Source of the DNA: Bacteroidota bacterium
GTDB taxonomy: Bacteria; Bacteroidota; Bacteroidia; Chitinophagales; Chitinophagaceae
Reading direction: 5' to 3'
DNA length: 49,027 nucleotides
Assembly (NCBI GenBank): GCA_005882975.1
Contig: VBAS01000086.1
Location: 1 to 49,027, forward strand
A program made the position numbers and the translations under genes. Numbering within the stretch: the stretch's first letter is position 1; each line of letters starts with the position of its first letter. The notes beneath the pieces are model-generated. The model searched no databases, was not told the origin of the DNA, and worked only from the letters and a program-made list of their open reading frames with translations. Below are positions 17,734 to 26,767 of the stretch, one piece after another.

Positions 17734-19656
17734 ATGAAATCACCATCAAACCGAACCACCAAAACCAAACATTTATCAAAGATCTTTCTCTTTGCTTTTG
17801 TCTTATTAATTAGTGCCAAAACTGCAATTTGCCAGTATCCTGATACTTTAATAATCCTTAACAATTCTGATAAGTATTTTTTGAAAAGGATCCCCGCAGG
17901 TTTTGTTCCAAGGTCTTTTAGTGTTGAAAAAAATTATGATGCAAATGTTTTGTCCCGGGATCCTTTTAAGATAACTCATGTTACGGCTTCAAATGCTTCA
18001 AAAAAACTTCTTGCACGTTTCTCAGTAGCAAATAATTCAGATACACCAGACAGTCTTTATTTTTTTCCCGATCTGTATTTTGACAACGTAATTCTATATA
18101 AAGTAGAGAATAATAAAGCCACAGTCTTGCCTGTGATCGCTCCTGTCAACGGTGATAGCATTTCTTTTCGATTATTCAGTGTATCACCTCATGACACACT
18201 TACCATTCTTGCTGAATGCTATCCATTACGAACATATACAAGCTCATTTTATCCCTATATATTCAGGCAAAATTATATAGAACCATTCGAGGCCCAATTA
18301 CAAACCGAACATGCCGATGTCAGACTCTTTACCTATTTGTTTTGCGGCTTCTTGCTGATGATGATACTTTTTTCGCTTGCTAACTTTTCACAGGGAAGCA
18401 ACAGGGAATTTCTTTATTATGCTGCATTTGCTTTTTTTCTTGGACTCATGCTGTTTACGAAACAATTTTATTACAATCGCTCCACTGAAAGCAATTTTTT
18501 CTTTGAATCATACATGGATTTCATACTCCAGATCCTGGGGATCAGTTTTTATATGGCATTTATGATCCGTTTCCTGGAAACAAAGAGAAATTTTCCATTT
18601 CTTCACAAACTTTATCTGGGTGGTATCTTTTTTTTAGCCGCTGTCATCCTGTTGTATTCCTACATTCATTATAGCTCCATTGATTATTACTGGGAAAATT
18701 TCCTGGAGAATTTTATTACTAAAAATATACTGGTAGTAATGATCGTAGTGTTTCTTGTTTATGCTGTAAAGAACTGGCAGCACAAACTCTTGCGTTATTT
18801 GTTTTGGGGTAATCTTCTTTATTTAATTTTTTCTCTTTTATCTCCTTTATCAATATTAGTCGGCCGCAGGTTGCATTTGCCGGGAATTTTTAATAATTCA
18901 TTGATCCTTTATGAGACCGGACTTTTGATCGAGCTCATCTTTTTCCTGATGGGACTTACTTATAAAAACCGAACTCAATTGATAGAACAAACAACCGAAA
19001 GGGAAAGATTGAAAATGGAGAACGAAAGAAAGGAATTGGAAAAACAAGTAGCCGTTATGCAGGCTCACCAGGAAGAAAGAGAAAGAATATCGGCTGACAT
19101 CCATGATGAACTAGGCTCTGGCATGACAACGATCCGCCTGATGAGTGAGATCGCAAAAAATAAAATGAAAGAAAATATTCCGGTTGAAATTGAAAAAATA
19201 TCCAACTCCGCCAATGAAGTGTTGAATAAAATGAATGCGATCGTCTGGAGCATGAATAGCAGCAATGATACGCTGGATAGTCTTATTTCTTATATCAGGG
19301 CTTATTCAATCGAATTTTTTGACGGTACACAAATAGAATGTAAAGTAACTATGCCAGACACAATTCCTTTACATGAAATAAGCGGTGACAAAAGACGCAA
19401 TATCTTTTTATGTGTAAAAGAGTCATTGAATAATGCTTTAAAACATTCGAAAGCCAGCCGTATAAAGATTGATATCGAGGTTGATCCTAAACTTAAAATA
19501 AAAATTGCCGACAATGGCGTAGGGATCGAGCAGGAAAAAATTCGCCGGTTTGGGAATGGACTTAAAAATATTGATCGGAGAATGAAAGGAATTGGAGGAA
19601 TCTATACCATCACTAACAACAATGGTACTGAAACAAATCTTGAATTGTCATTATGA
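17734..19656 (+). CDS. 7TMR-DISM-type sensor histidine kinase (HisKA_3/NarX-like)
   Basis: Signal/extracytoplasmic domain, about 7 TM helices and a coiled coil. H-box ISADIHDELGSG, N-box ESLNNALKHS and G-boxes DNGVGI / GNGLKNI. Confidence 0.88.
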   Translation: MKSPSNRTTKTKHLSKIFLFAFVLLISAKTAICQYPDTLIILNNSDKYFLKRIPAGFVPRSFSVEKNYDANVLSRDPFKITHVTASNASKKLLARFSVANNSDTPDSLYFFPDLYFDNVILYKVENNKATVLPVIAPVNGDSISFRLFSVSPHDTLTILAECYPLRTYTSSFYPYIFRQNYIEPFEAQLQTEHADVRLFTYLFCGFLLMMILFSLANFSQGSNREFLYYAAFAFFLGLMLFTKQFYYNRSTESNFFFESYMDFILQILGISFYMAFMIRFLETKRNFPFLHKLYLGGIFFLAAVILLYSYIHYSSIDYYWENFLENFITKNILVVMIVVFLVYAVKNWQHKLLRYLFWGNLLYLIFSLLSPLSILVGRRLHLPGIFNNSLILYETGLLIELIFFLMGLTYKNRTQLIEQTTERERLKMENERKELEKQVAVMQAHQEERERISADIHDELGSGMTTIRLMSEIAKNKMKENIPVEIEKISNSANEVLNKMNAIVWSMNSSNDTLDSLISYIRAYSIEFFDGTQIECKVTMPDTIPLHEISGDKRRNIFLCVKESLNNALKHSKASRIKIDIEVDPKLKIKIADNGVGIEQEKIRRFGNGLKNIDRRMKGIGGIYTITNNNGTETNLELSL

Positions 19657-20049
19657 TCTTTCCTCTTTTCTTATTGCAGCAAGAAATAAAAATACCCAGC
19701 CAGCAATAAAGGCAACCCCGCCAAATGGTGTTATGATACCTGCCTTATCAAGAGAAGCGATTTCCGCAGCTCTCCCTGCCGTTAACAAATACAACGACCC
19801 TGAAAAAAAAATTATTCCGATCAAAAACAACACTCCTGCTATTCGTACAAACTTCTGAGAGCATTTTTCATAAAGCAAGCCGCTTAATAATAAGGCAAGG
19901 GCATGATACATCTGATATTGGACTCCTGTTTGAAATATTTGTACTGTTTCTGCAGCAACAATTTTTTTTAAGCCATGAGCGCCAAATGCACCAAGTGCCA
20001 CAGCTATTGCACCAAGCAATGCACCCGTGGTAATAAATTTTTTATGCAT
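19651..20049 (-). CDS. DUF423 (YgdD/TMEM256-like) membrane protein
   Basis: 132 aa with 4 TM helices. GA.GAHG motif near the N-terminus and a Gly-rich last helix. Confidence 0.7.
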   Translation of the reverse strand: MHKKFITTGALLGAIAVALGAFGAHGLKKIVAAETVQIFQTGVQYQMYHALALLLSGLLYEKCSQKFVRIAGVLFLIGIIFFSGSLYLLTAGRAAEIASLDKAGIITPFGGVAFIAGWVFLFLAAIRKEERS

Positions 20050-20548
20050 GAAATAATTTTTCTACGATCTTTTCAAGGCTTTTCTCATCTTCTTCCACCA
20101 CCATTTCTGCCTGCTCGTAATATATTTTTCTGTCGGAGAATTTTTTAATGATAAACCCTTTCAATTGCACATCATTAAGGTTTTTAATTAAAGGCCGGTG
20201 GGCTTTATCTTTTAATAGTCGTTCATGAAGAAGTTCAATTGGTGTATTTATCCAGACGGCTGTGCCGCTTTTATTCATGAAATCAATATTATTGAAATAG
20301 CAGGGTGTGCCACCGCCAGTTGCCATTATAAATGAATCATGACTTTCTGAAATAATGTGCAGTGCATCTTTTTCAACTAGCCGAAAATACTCCTCTCCTT
20401 CTTCGGCAAATATTTGACTGATAGTTTTTCCTTCGCTCGATTCTATTTGCTCATCAAGGTCAAAAAAAGGAAGCCTGAGCTTTTCACTCAGTTTTCTGCC
20501 CCAGTAACTTTTACCGGAACCCATGAAGCCTATTAGGAAAATTTTCAT
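20042..20548 (-). CDS. aroK: shikimate kinase
   Basis: Walker A GFMGSGKS, FDLD, and ATGGGTP. Confidence 0.9.
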   Translation of the reverse strand: MKIFLIGFMGSGKSYWGRKLSEKLRLPFFDLDEQIESSEGKTISQIFAEEGEEYFRLVEKDALHIISESHDSFIMATGGGTPCYFNNIDFMNKSGTAVWINTPIELLHERLLKDKAHRPLIKNLNDVQLKGFIIKKFSDRKIYYEQAEMVVEEDEKSLEKIVEKLFHA

Positions 20549-20680
20549 ACCAAACCCCCAGTATTAGTTTCAATGTCGGAATTTCCTCGGCCCCTAAAGG
20601 GGAGTATTTGAGAAATTCCCAAAGATGAAATTCAAAATAATAAATTTGATTACACTTAAATCTGCTTAATAGCATTACTT

Positions 20681-20740
20681 CTGTACAATTGTGCGACGCA
20701 ACATAAGCTAAATAGAATTACTAGAGTTGGTTACACAACT
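20681..20740 (-). repeat. intergenic repeat, copy A (matches 30731..30789 in inverse orientation)
   Basis: Hand alignment with the reverse complement of 30731-30789 gives about 45/59 identical. This includes perfect blocks CTGTACAA, GTGCGACGCAACA (20691-20703 = rc of 30767-30779) and AGAATTAC. Confidence 0.7.
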
Positions 20741-20817
20741 AATAACTCAAAATAAAGAACTAATATTTTCAAAAAAGAATGTCACAATCTAAGTCCCCTT
20801 CAGGAGGACAGGGGGTT

Positions 20818-22020
20818 TTATTTAAAAGCATTCAACCCTGTCACATCCATTCCGGTTATCAACAAATGAATATCATGCGTGCCTTCGTATGTGATCACAC
20901 TTTCTAAATTCATCATGTGACGCATTACAGGATATTCACCGGTAATACCCATGCCACCGAGCATCTGTCTCGCATCACGGCAAATATTAGTTGCTACTTC
21001 ACATGCATTTCTTTTTGCCATACTCACTTGTTGCGGTGTCGCACGGCCTTCACTCATTAATACACCCAATCTCCAATTTAACAACTGAGCTTTTGTTATT
21101 TCGGTTATCATCTCCGCCAGTTTCTTTTGCTGAAGTTGAAATCCTCCAATCGGTTTTCCAAACTGTTCTCTTTCTTTTGAGTAACGTAAAGCAGTGTCAT
21201 AACAATCCATTGCAGCGCCGATAACACCCCATGCAATTCCATAACGGGCTTTTGTCAAGCAACCTAACGGCCCTTTCAATCCTTTTACATTTGGAAAAAT
21301 ATTTTCCTTTGGAACTTTTACATTATCAAAAACAAGTTCACCAGTTGATGATGCCCGCAAACTCCATTTGCCATGAGTTGTTGGTGTAGTAAATCCTTCC
21401 ATTCCTCTTTCAACGATCAATCCTTGTATATCACCAGATTCATTTTTTGCCCACACAACTGCTACTTGTGAAAATGGTGAATTGCTGATCCACATTTTTG
21501 CGCCATTTAATATTACATGATCGCCTGCATCTTTAAAATTTGTCAACATACTTGATGGATCACTACCATGGTTAGGTTCTGTCAATCCAAAACAACCGAG
21601 CCATTCACCACTTGCCAGCTTCGGTAAAAACTTTTTCCGTTGAGCTTCACTTCCATAAGCATAAATAGGAAACATAACTAGCGATCCCTGCACGGATGCA
21701 GTAGAGCGAACACCACTATCGCCACGTTCCAGTTCCTGCATCATCAATCCATAAGAAATATAATCAAGACCGCCGCCGCCATCAAGACCGCCACCGCCAT
21801 ATTCAACTGGAACGGTTGGACCGAAACATCCAAGATCCCCTAACTGTTTTACAATTTGCTGTGGAAACTCTGCCCGCTGTGCATAATCTTCAATGATGGG
21901 AGAAATTTCTTTCTTCACATAATTCCTTACTGACTCACGAATCAATTTTTGTTCTTCCGTGAGCAATTCATCTACCAAAAAATAATCCGGGCTTTGAAAA
22001 ACATCAGTACGGGCAGCCAT
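20818..22020 (-). CDS. acyl-CoA dehydrogenase, glutaryl-CoA dehydrogenase-like
   Basis: 400 aa. GCFGLTEPNHGSDP (ACAD signature), ...YGLMMQELERGDSGVRS and C-terminal YEGTHDIH are typical of GCDH-type enzymes. Confidence 0.85.
   Translation of the reverse strand: MAARTDVFQSPDYFLVDELLTEEQKLIRESVRNYVKKEISPIIEDYAQRAEFPQQIVKQLGDLGCFGPTVPVEYGGGGLDGGGGLDYISYGLMMQELERGDSGVRSTASVQGSLVMFPIYAYGSEAQRKKFLPKLASGEWLGCFGLTEPNHGSDPSSMLTNFKDAGDHVILNGAKMWISNSPFSQVAVVWAKNESGDIQGLIVERGMEGFTTPTTHGKWSLRASSTGELVFDNVKVPKENIFPNVKGLKGPLGCLTKARYGIAWGVIGAAMDCYDTALRYSKEREQFGKPIGGFQLQQKKLAEMITEITKAQLLNWRLGVLMSEGRATPQQVSMAKRNACEVATNICRDARQMLGGMGITGEYPVMRHMMNLESVITYEGTHDIHLLITGMDVTGLNAFK
21763..21798. repeat. in-frame 18-bp tandem duplication inside the acyl-CoA dehydrogenase gene
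   Basis: atcaagaccgccgccgcc / atcaagaccgccaccgcc (17/18 identical), encoding GGGGLD-GGGGLD on the minus strand. Confidence 0.9.
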
Positions 22021-22090
22021 TCGTTGAAGATTTTAGATTTGTGATTGGCGCAAAGTTAAGGGATTGAAGAATGAGTGTGTTCCCAACTTT

Positions 22091-22128
22091 CTGTCCTACT
22101 ATTAAACTACATTATTTCTATTCATCTT
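22091..22128 (+). repeat. partial, rearranged copy C of the intergenic repeat
   Basis: TCTATTCATCTT (22117-22128) is identical to 30797-30808. ctgtcctactattaaactac resembles cttactattcaattgttac at 30806-30824. Confidence 0.45.
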
Positions 22129-22130
22129 TT

Positions 22131-22211
22131 TTTTCACGCAAAGGCGCAAAGATGTTTAACCTAAAACTCTCTACGCCCTTGCGTGTATTTCTTTGTGCCT
22201 TTGCGTGAAAA
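22131..22211. repeat. long hairpin built from CGCAAAG words (21-nt arms)
   Basis: ttttcacgcaaaggcgcaaag (22131-22151) pairs with ctttgtgcctttgcgtgaaaa (22191-22211), 20/21 complementary with the odd position a G-U. The 39-nt loop contains a third cccttgcgtg word. Confidence 0.8.
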
Positions 22212-22235
22212 ATTTATCTTGAGAAAAATATTCTC

Positions 22236-22673
22236 ATGAAGATTTTATTTTTCATTTTAATTATTGGATGCATCGTAACAGCATGCGGCGATGATCAACA
22301 ATCAACAGTTTCAACGACACAACCAGAAAAGTATAATATAACTAAGGACACTACTGTCACTGCAGGTGAAATGAAACGATACTGGCTCGTGTTATTACAA
22401 AAAGGCCCCAATCGCAACCAGGATAGTATCAGCGCAGAAAAAATTCAAGCCGCCCACATGGCGAATATTAATCGTCTTGCAAAAGAAGGCAAACTAGTGA
22501 TGGCAGGACCCATCGGTGTTGAAGATGATCTTCGTGGAATTTTTCTTATGAACTGCGCTGATTCAACCGAAGTAGAAAATTTTGTAATGACAGATAGCGC
22601 TGTTATTACCGGCAGGTTGATCATGAAATATTATCCGTGGTGGACAATGAAAGGAAAATATGTTTTCAAATAG
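22236..22673 (+). CDS. lipoprotein with YciI-like (dimeric alpha-beta barrel) domain
   Basis: Lipobox IVTAC. YWLVLLQKGPNR...HMANINRLAKEGKLVMAGP...DSAVITGRL follows the YciI-family pattern. Confidence 0.55.
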   Translation: MKILFFILIIGCIVTACGDDQQSTVSTTQPEKYNITKDTTVTAGEMKRYWLVLLQKGPNRNQDSISAEKIQAAHMANINRLAKEGKLVMAGPIGVEDDLRGIFLMNCADSTEVENFVMTDSAVITGRLIMKYYPWWTMKGKYVFK

Positions 22674-22678
22674 AGTAG

Positions 22679-23791
22679 CTACAGCACTTGAAGAACCTCA
22701 TTCTCTTTAAGAATTTCAGAATGGTTTATTGGCTGTAAAATGCACCCAAATATGTAATCACTAAACCGGGGTTTAAATTTGAAATTGGTCGTTTCAATAT
22801 GTTTGGGCATATCAATACCTGTAATTTTCCATCGGTGACCAGCCATGCTTTCCAGAATTGTTCCTATTCTTGGCGTTGATTTTTCGGTAAAATCCATTAT
22901 TGTAATTATACCACCAGCTGTATTAAATATTTCGTAGACACAGCCTAACTGAAAAATATTTTTTTCTGGCAAATAATCTTTCATCTCATGCTGAAATTGT
23001 TCAGCTATAGCTTTTGCTTCTTCTGCAAAATCTTCTTTTTCGCTGGCATATATAATAGCCCGGCTTACATTCACCAATAATCCGCAATCCCTTATCATTG
23101 CTTTTTCTGAGATCTCCTTCAAACTACCACCTTGTGCACCTACACCCGGGACAAGATAAAAATGATGTGGTGTTAATTTTCTTATATCACTAAATTCATC
23201 AACCTGTGTAGCACCAATAACAAACATTAAATTCTCCAGGGTACCCCAATTCGTAGCTGTTTTCAATACTTTCACATAAAGAAATTCATCGACGCCATGT
23301 CTTGTATCTTCACGAACTAATTTTTGGAACTCGAAATCATTTGCTCCTTTATTCGACGTTAAGCCGAGAACAATTGCCCATTTACCATCATAATTTAAGA
23401 AAGGTTCCACACTATCTTTTCCCATATACGGCGCAACTGTGATAGCATCAAAGGGCAATGTTTCGAAAAATGCCTTGGCATACTGATCAGATGTGTTTCC
23501 AATATCACCACGTTTTGCATCAGCTATTTTAAAATGTTCATTTCCTATATAGCGAACCGTTTTTTCCATGGCTTCCCAGCCTTTCACTCCCAATGCTTCA
23601 TAAAAAGCGGTATTGATCTTATAAGCAACACACAGGTCTTTTGTTGCATCAATGATGGCTTTATTAAAAGTAAAAACAGGATCTGGTTCAGATAAAAGAT
23701 GTTTTGGGATCTTCGTGATGTCAGTATCCAGCCCAATACAGAGATAAGATCGCTTTTTGAAGATTTGTTCAACGAGTTGTTGACGGGTCAT
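22679..23791 (-). CDS. pyrF: orotidine-5'-phosphate decarboxylase (type 2) with an extra C-terminal segment of about 95 aa
   Basis: [18 protein letters not shown] and PGVGAQGG motifs in residues 1 to about 275. Residues about 276-370 have no PyrF counterpart. Confidence 0.88.
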   Translation of the reverse strand: MTRQQLVEQIFKKRSYLCIGLDTDITKIPKHLLSEPDPVFTFNKAIIDATKDLCVAYKINTAFYEALGVKGWEAMEKTVRYIGNEHFKIADAKRGDIGNTSDQYAKAFFETLPFDAITVAPYMGKDSVEPFLNYDGKWAIVLGLTSNKGANDFEFQKLVREDTRHGVDEFLYVKVLKTATNWGTLENLMFVIGATQVDEFSDIRKLTPHHFYLVPGVGAQGGSLKEISEKAMIRDCGLLVNVSRAIIYASEKEDFAEEAKAIAEQFQHEMKDYLPEKNIFQLGCVYEIFNTAGGIITIMDFTEKSTPRIGTILESMAGHRWKITGIDMPKHIETTNFKFKPRFSDYIFGCILQPINHSEILKENEVLQVL

Positions 23792-23858
23792 GCAGCAAAA
23801 ATAAAGAACAGTGATTTACTTGATGGAAAAAGATTTAAAGGAACCTCAAATGATCGGT

Positions 23859-25148
23859 TCACCCTATAAGATTTTTGAATGTCTCTGCAAACTTCCATAC
23901 TTCTTCAAAACTATTGTATAATGGGACAGGTGCCAGCCGAATAACATTTGGCTCCCGCCAATCCGTAAAGATCCCTTCTTTCATTAATCCATTATAAATA
24001 TCTTTTCCATTCTCAAGCATCAGCATTGAAACCTGGCAACCTCTTTCCTTCTCATTTCGTGGCGTAATGAATACAATATTTTTTTTGGCAGATGAACTAT
24101 TTATTTCTTCCAACAAAAACCATAAATAACCTGTCAACAATTTTTGTTTTGACAAAATTTTATCCCAACTTGCCTCTTCAACAATTTCCAATGCTGCACG
24201 ATGTGCTGCATACAAAAACATCCCGGGAGTACTTAATTGCCATCCTTCGGCTCCGGGCATGGCCTTAAATCCTTTTTCCATTTTAAATCTTGTGGGTTTA
24301 TCATAACCCCACCAACCAGCAAATCTTGGAAGACTTTCCTTGTGATGTTTTTCATGAATGAATGCTCCTCCAATTGCGCCAGGACCTGAATTCAAATATT
24401 TATAAGTACACCAGCAGGCAAAGTCCACATCCCAATCATGCAAATGCAATTCAACATTGCCCGCAGCATGAGCAAGATCAAAACCTACTTTTGCTCCTGC
24501 AGCTATTGCAGCCCTGGTAATTTTTTCCAGGTCAAAAAATTGACCAGTATAATAATTGATCCCACCAAACAATACTAAGGCCGTTTCATCTCCATGTTTT
24601 TCAATTGATGAAATAATATCTTCTGTTCGCAAAGTATATTCACCATCTCGGGGAGCGACTTCAATGATTGCAGATGCCGGATCAAATCCTTTATTTCTTA
24701 CATGCGTTTCAAAAGCATATTGATCACTTGGAAAAGCTTTTGCTTCACAGATTATTTTATAACGCTTTGCATTGGGATCATAAAAACTTACCAGCATCAG
24801 GTGAAGATTCACTGTTAGTTGGTTCATCACAACAACTTCATTTGGCAAAGCTCCGACTACTTTTGACAAAGGATGCACTAACTTTTCATGATAATCCATC
24901 CATGGTTCCTTTGCATGAAAAAAAGATTCAACCCCCAATGATGCCCAGTCAGAAAGTATTTGTTGTATGTAATTATTAGCAGACTTTGGTTGCAGGCCCA
25001 ATGAATTCCCTAAAAAATAAATTTTCTGTTTACCATTAGCTTCAGGAATAATGAATTTATCTCTGAAACTTTTTAATGGATCGGCAGCATTTAATTGTTG
25101 TGCAAAGGATAAGCTGGTTTCAAATTTCATATTGCCTTTTGGTTTCAC
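23859..25148 (-). CDS. kynU: kynureninase
   Basis: PLP-lysine context FACWCTYKYLNSGPG, FLGNSLGLQP and TDWREPNVIRLAPVPLYNSF. An alternative start at M7 is possible. Confidence 0.92.
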   Translation of the reverse strand: MKPKGNMKFETSLSFAQQLNAADPLKSFRDKFIIPEANGKQKIYFLGNSLGLQPKSANNYIQQILSDWASLGVESFFHAKEPWMDYHEKLVHPLSKVVGALPNEVVVMNQLTVNLHLMLVSFYDPNAKRYKIICEAKAFPSDQYAFETHVRNKGFDPASAIIEVAPRDGEYTLRTEDIISSIEKHGDETALVLFGGINYYTGQFFDLEKITRAAIAAGAKVGFDLAHAAGNVELHLHDWDVDFACWCTYKYLNSGPGAIGGAFIHEKHHKESLPRFAGWWGYDKPTRFKMEKGFKAMPGAEGWQLSTPGMFLYAAHRAALEIVEEASWDKILSKQKLLTGYLWFLLEEINSSSAKKNIVFITPRNEKERGCQVSMLMLENGKDIYNGLMKEGIFTDWREPNVIRLAPVPLYNSFEEVWKFAETFKNLIG

Positions 25149-25160
25149 CGAATTACTATC

Positions 25161-26051
25161 TTATTTTTTGACCAGGTCGGGAAAATCAGTAATGATCCCA
25201 TCCACTCCCATCTTCTTCAATTTCTTTATTTGCTTTGCATCATTCACGGTCCATGGAATAATTTTCATAACCTTATCATGACACTGTTTTACCAACTTCT
25301 CATCTACTAATGTTTGATTAGGGCTGTAATATTCTGGCGTATATCCAAGTCTGTTCAATTGCCCATCAAAATCATTTACGTCTGAATCTTCGATCAGCAT
25401 CGACGTCTTTATTGATGGATACTTCTCATGAATATATTTTAAAGACCTAAAATCGAATGACTGGATAATAACGCTGCCTTCTATTTTCTTTTCTTTGATC
25501 ACAGTCATCAGCAATTCACCAAACTCAGATGGCACAGGATGAAACTTGTTATCCCCGGCAGGTAAACTCTTTATTTCAATATTATAATTAACCTTAGGCA
25601 AATTCTTTTTTACAAGATAAGTTTCCACGCTGTCTATCAGATCACTTAGCAATGGCTTTATCGCTTTCATTTTTTGCTGCTGCGGAAAACGTGGATGTGG
25701 TTTCATTCCCACATCATATTTTAAAACCTCTTCATAGGTCATTTGGTAAATATTAAGCTGCATCGCTTCCACTGGATTGACAAATGATCCATCTGGTTTT
25801 GTTGTGATCTCAGTTTCAAACCAGGGTTCATGCGATACCACAACTTTATTATCTTTTGTGATCACTACATCCATTTCTAAAGTAGTTACGCCAAGATCGA
25901 CCGCTTTCAACATGGCTGGTATTGTATTCTCCGGCATCAAGCCGCGACAACCACGGTGACCTTCCACATCGAAAACAGGTTTTTGAAAGTTTCCTTCCGT
26001 CATAAAACTCATAAAGAAGAAAAGGATTATAAGTGATAAGAAGTATTTCAT
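25161..26051 (-). CDS. glycerophosphodiester phosphodiesterase family protein, secreted
   Basis: Signal peptide. GDPD motifs EGHRGCRGLMPENT, E.D, and PWTVN...GVDGIITD. Confidence 0.88.
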   Translation of the reverse strand: MKYFLSLIILFFFMSFMTEGNFQKPVFDVEGHRGCRGLMPENTIPAMLKAVDLGVTTLEMDVVITKDNKVVVSHEPWFETEITTKPDGSFVNPVEAMQLNIYQMTYEEVLKYDVGMKPHPRFPQQQKMKAIKPLLSDLIDSVETYLVKKNLPKVNYNIEIKSLPAGDNKFHPVPSEFGELLMTVIKEKKIEGSVIIQSFDFRSLKYIHEKYPSIKTSMLIEDSDVNDFDGQLNRLGYTPEYYSPNQTLVDEKLVKQCHDKVMKIIPWTVNDAKQIKKLKKMGVDGIITDFPDLVKK

Positions 26052-26683
26052 TTATTAAATAATTGATGTTGTCTTTTTTTCATTTCTTCAGCAATAAATT
26101 TACCATCGTCACCCCGCTCGTTTAGCTTCTCCATAATGTTGATAAAGCTTTTTTCATTACGATTCTGACTTAATTTAAAAACATTGTCTATCGATATTAC
26201 TTCCACTTGAAATGCAACAATGGCTTTCAGTAATGGTTCTGTATACTCAGACGTTAAGTTATCAAATACAGTTGTAGAAGCAGTATTATTATTTTCGTAA
26301 TAAAGGGTCAATCGTTTAAGTATCGCTATAAGGTCTTCTTTATTTCCAAACCTGATAGTTCCTTTGGCATGCACACTCATATAATTCCATGTGCTTGCCT
26401 GGTGAGGGTCATCATACCAGGTGGCGCTTACATAAATATGTGGGCTTGTAAACACCGCAAGCACATTCGGATTTTTTTCGAATGCTTTATGATGATCATT
26501 GTTTCTCATAATATGGCCGGTAAGGAATAATTTACCATCCTTTTCATCGATAAAAACAGGCACTTGTGTTGCAACGGGTTTCCTCTCTTCGTCTACTCCC
26601 GTCAGAAAAACAAAAGGATGTTTACGCATGAATTCAAGCACTACTTCCTGATCTCCTTCTTTAAAATAAGGCAAGTTATACAT
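26048..26683 (-). CDS. PaiB-like FMN-binding negative transcriptional regulator
   Basis: 211 aa. The N-terminal pattern (MYNLPYFKE...FMRKHPFVFL) and C-terminal KLSQNR are typical of the PaiB family. 4-nt overlap with the downstream gene. Confidence 0.75.
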   Translation of the reverse strand: MYNLPYFKEGDQEVVLEFMRKHPFVFLTGVDEERKPVATQVPVFIDEKDGKLFLTGHIMRNNDHHKAFEKNPNVLAVFTSPHIYVSATWYDDPHQASTWNYMSVHAKGTIRFGNKEDLIAILKRLTLYYENNNTASTTVFDNLTSEYTEPLLKAIVAFQVEVISIDNVFKLSQNRNEKSFINIMEKLNERGDDGKFIAEEMKKRQHQLFNK

Positions 26684-26767
26684 GAAGCGAATTTAGTATT
26701 TACCATTCACTATTGAGATAAACAAATGATTAAAAAAGCCCTATCTTTTAAGTCCAAAACTTCACTA

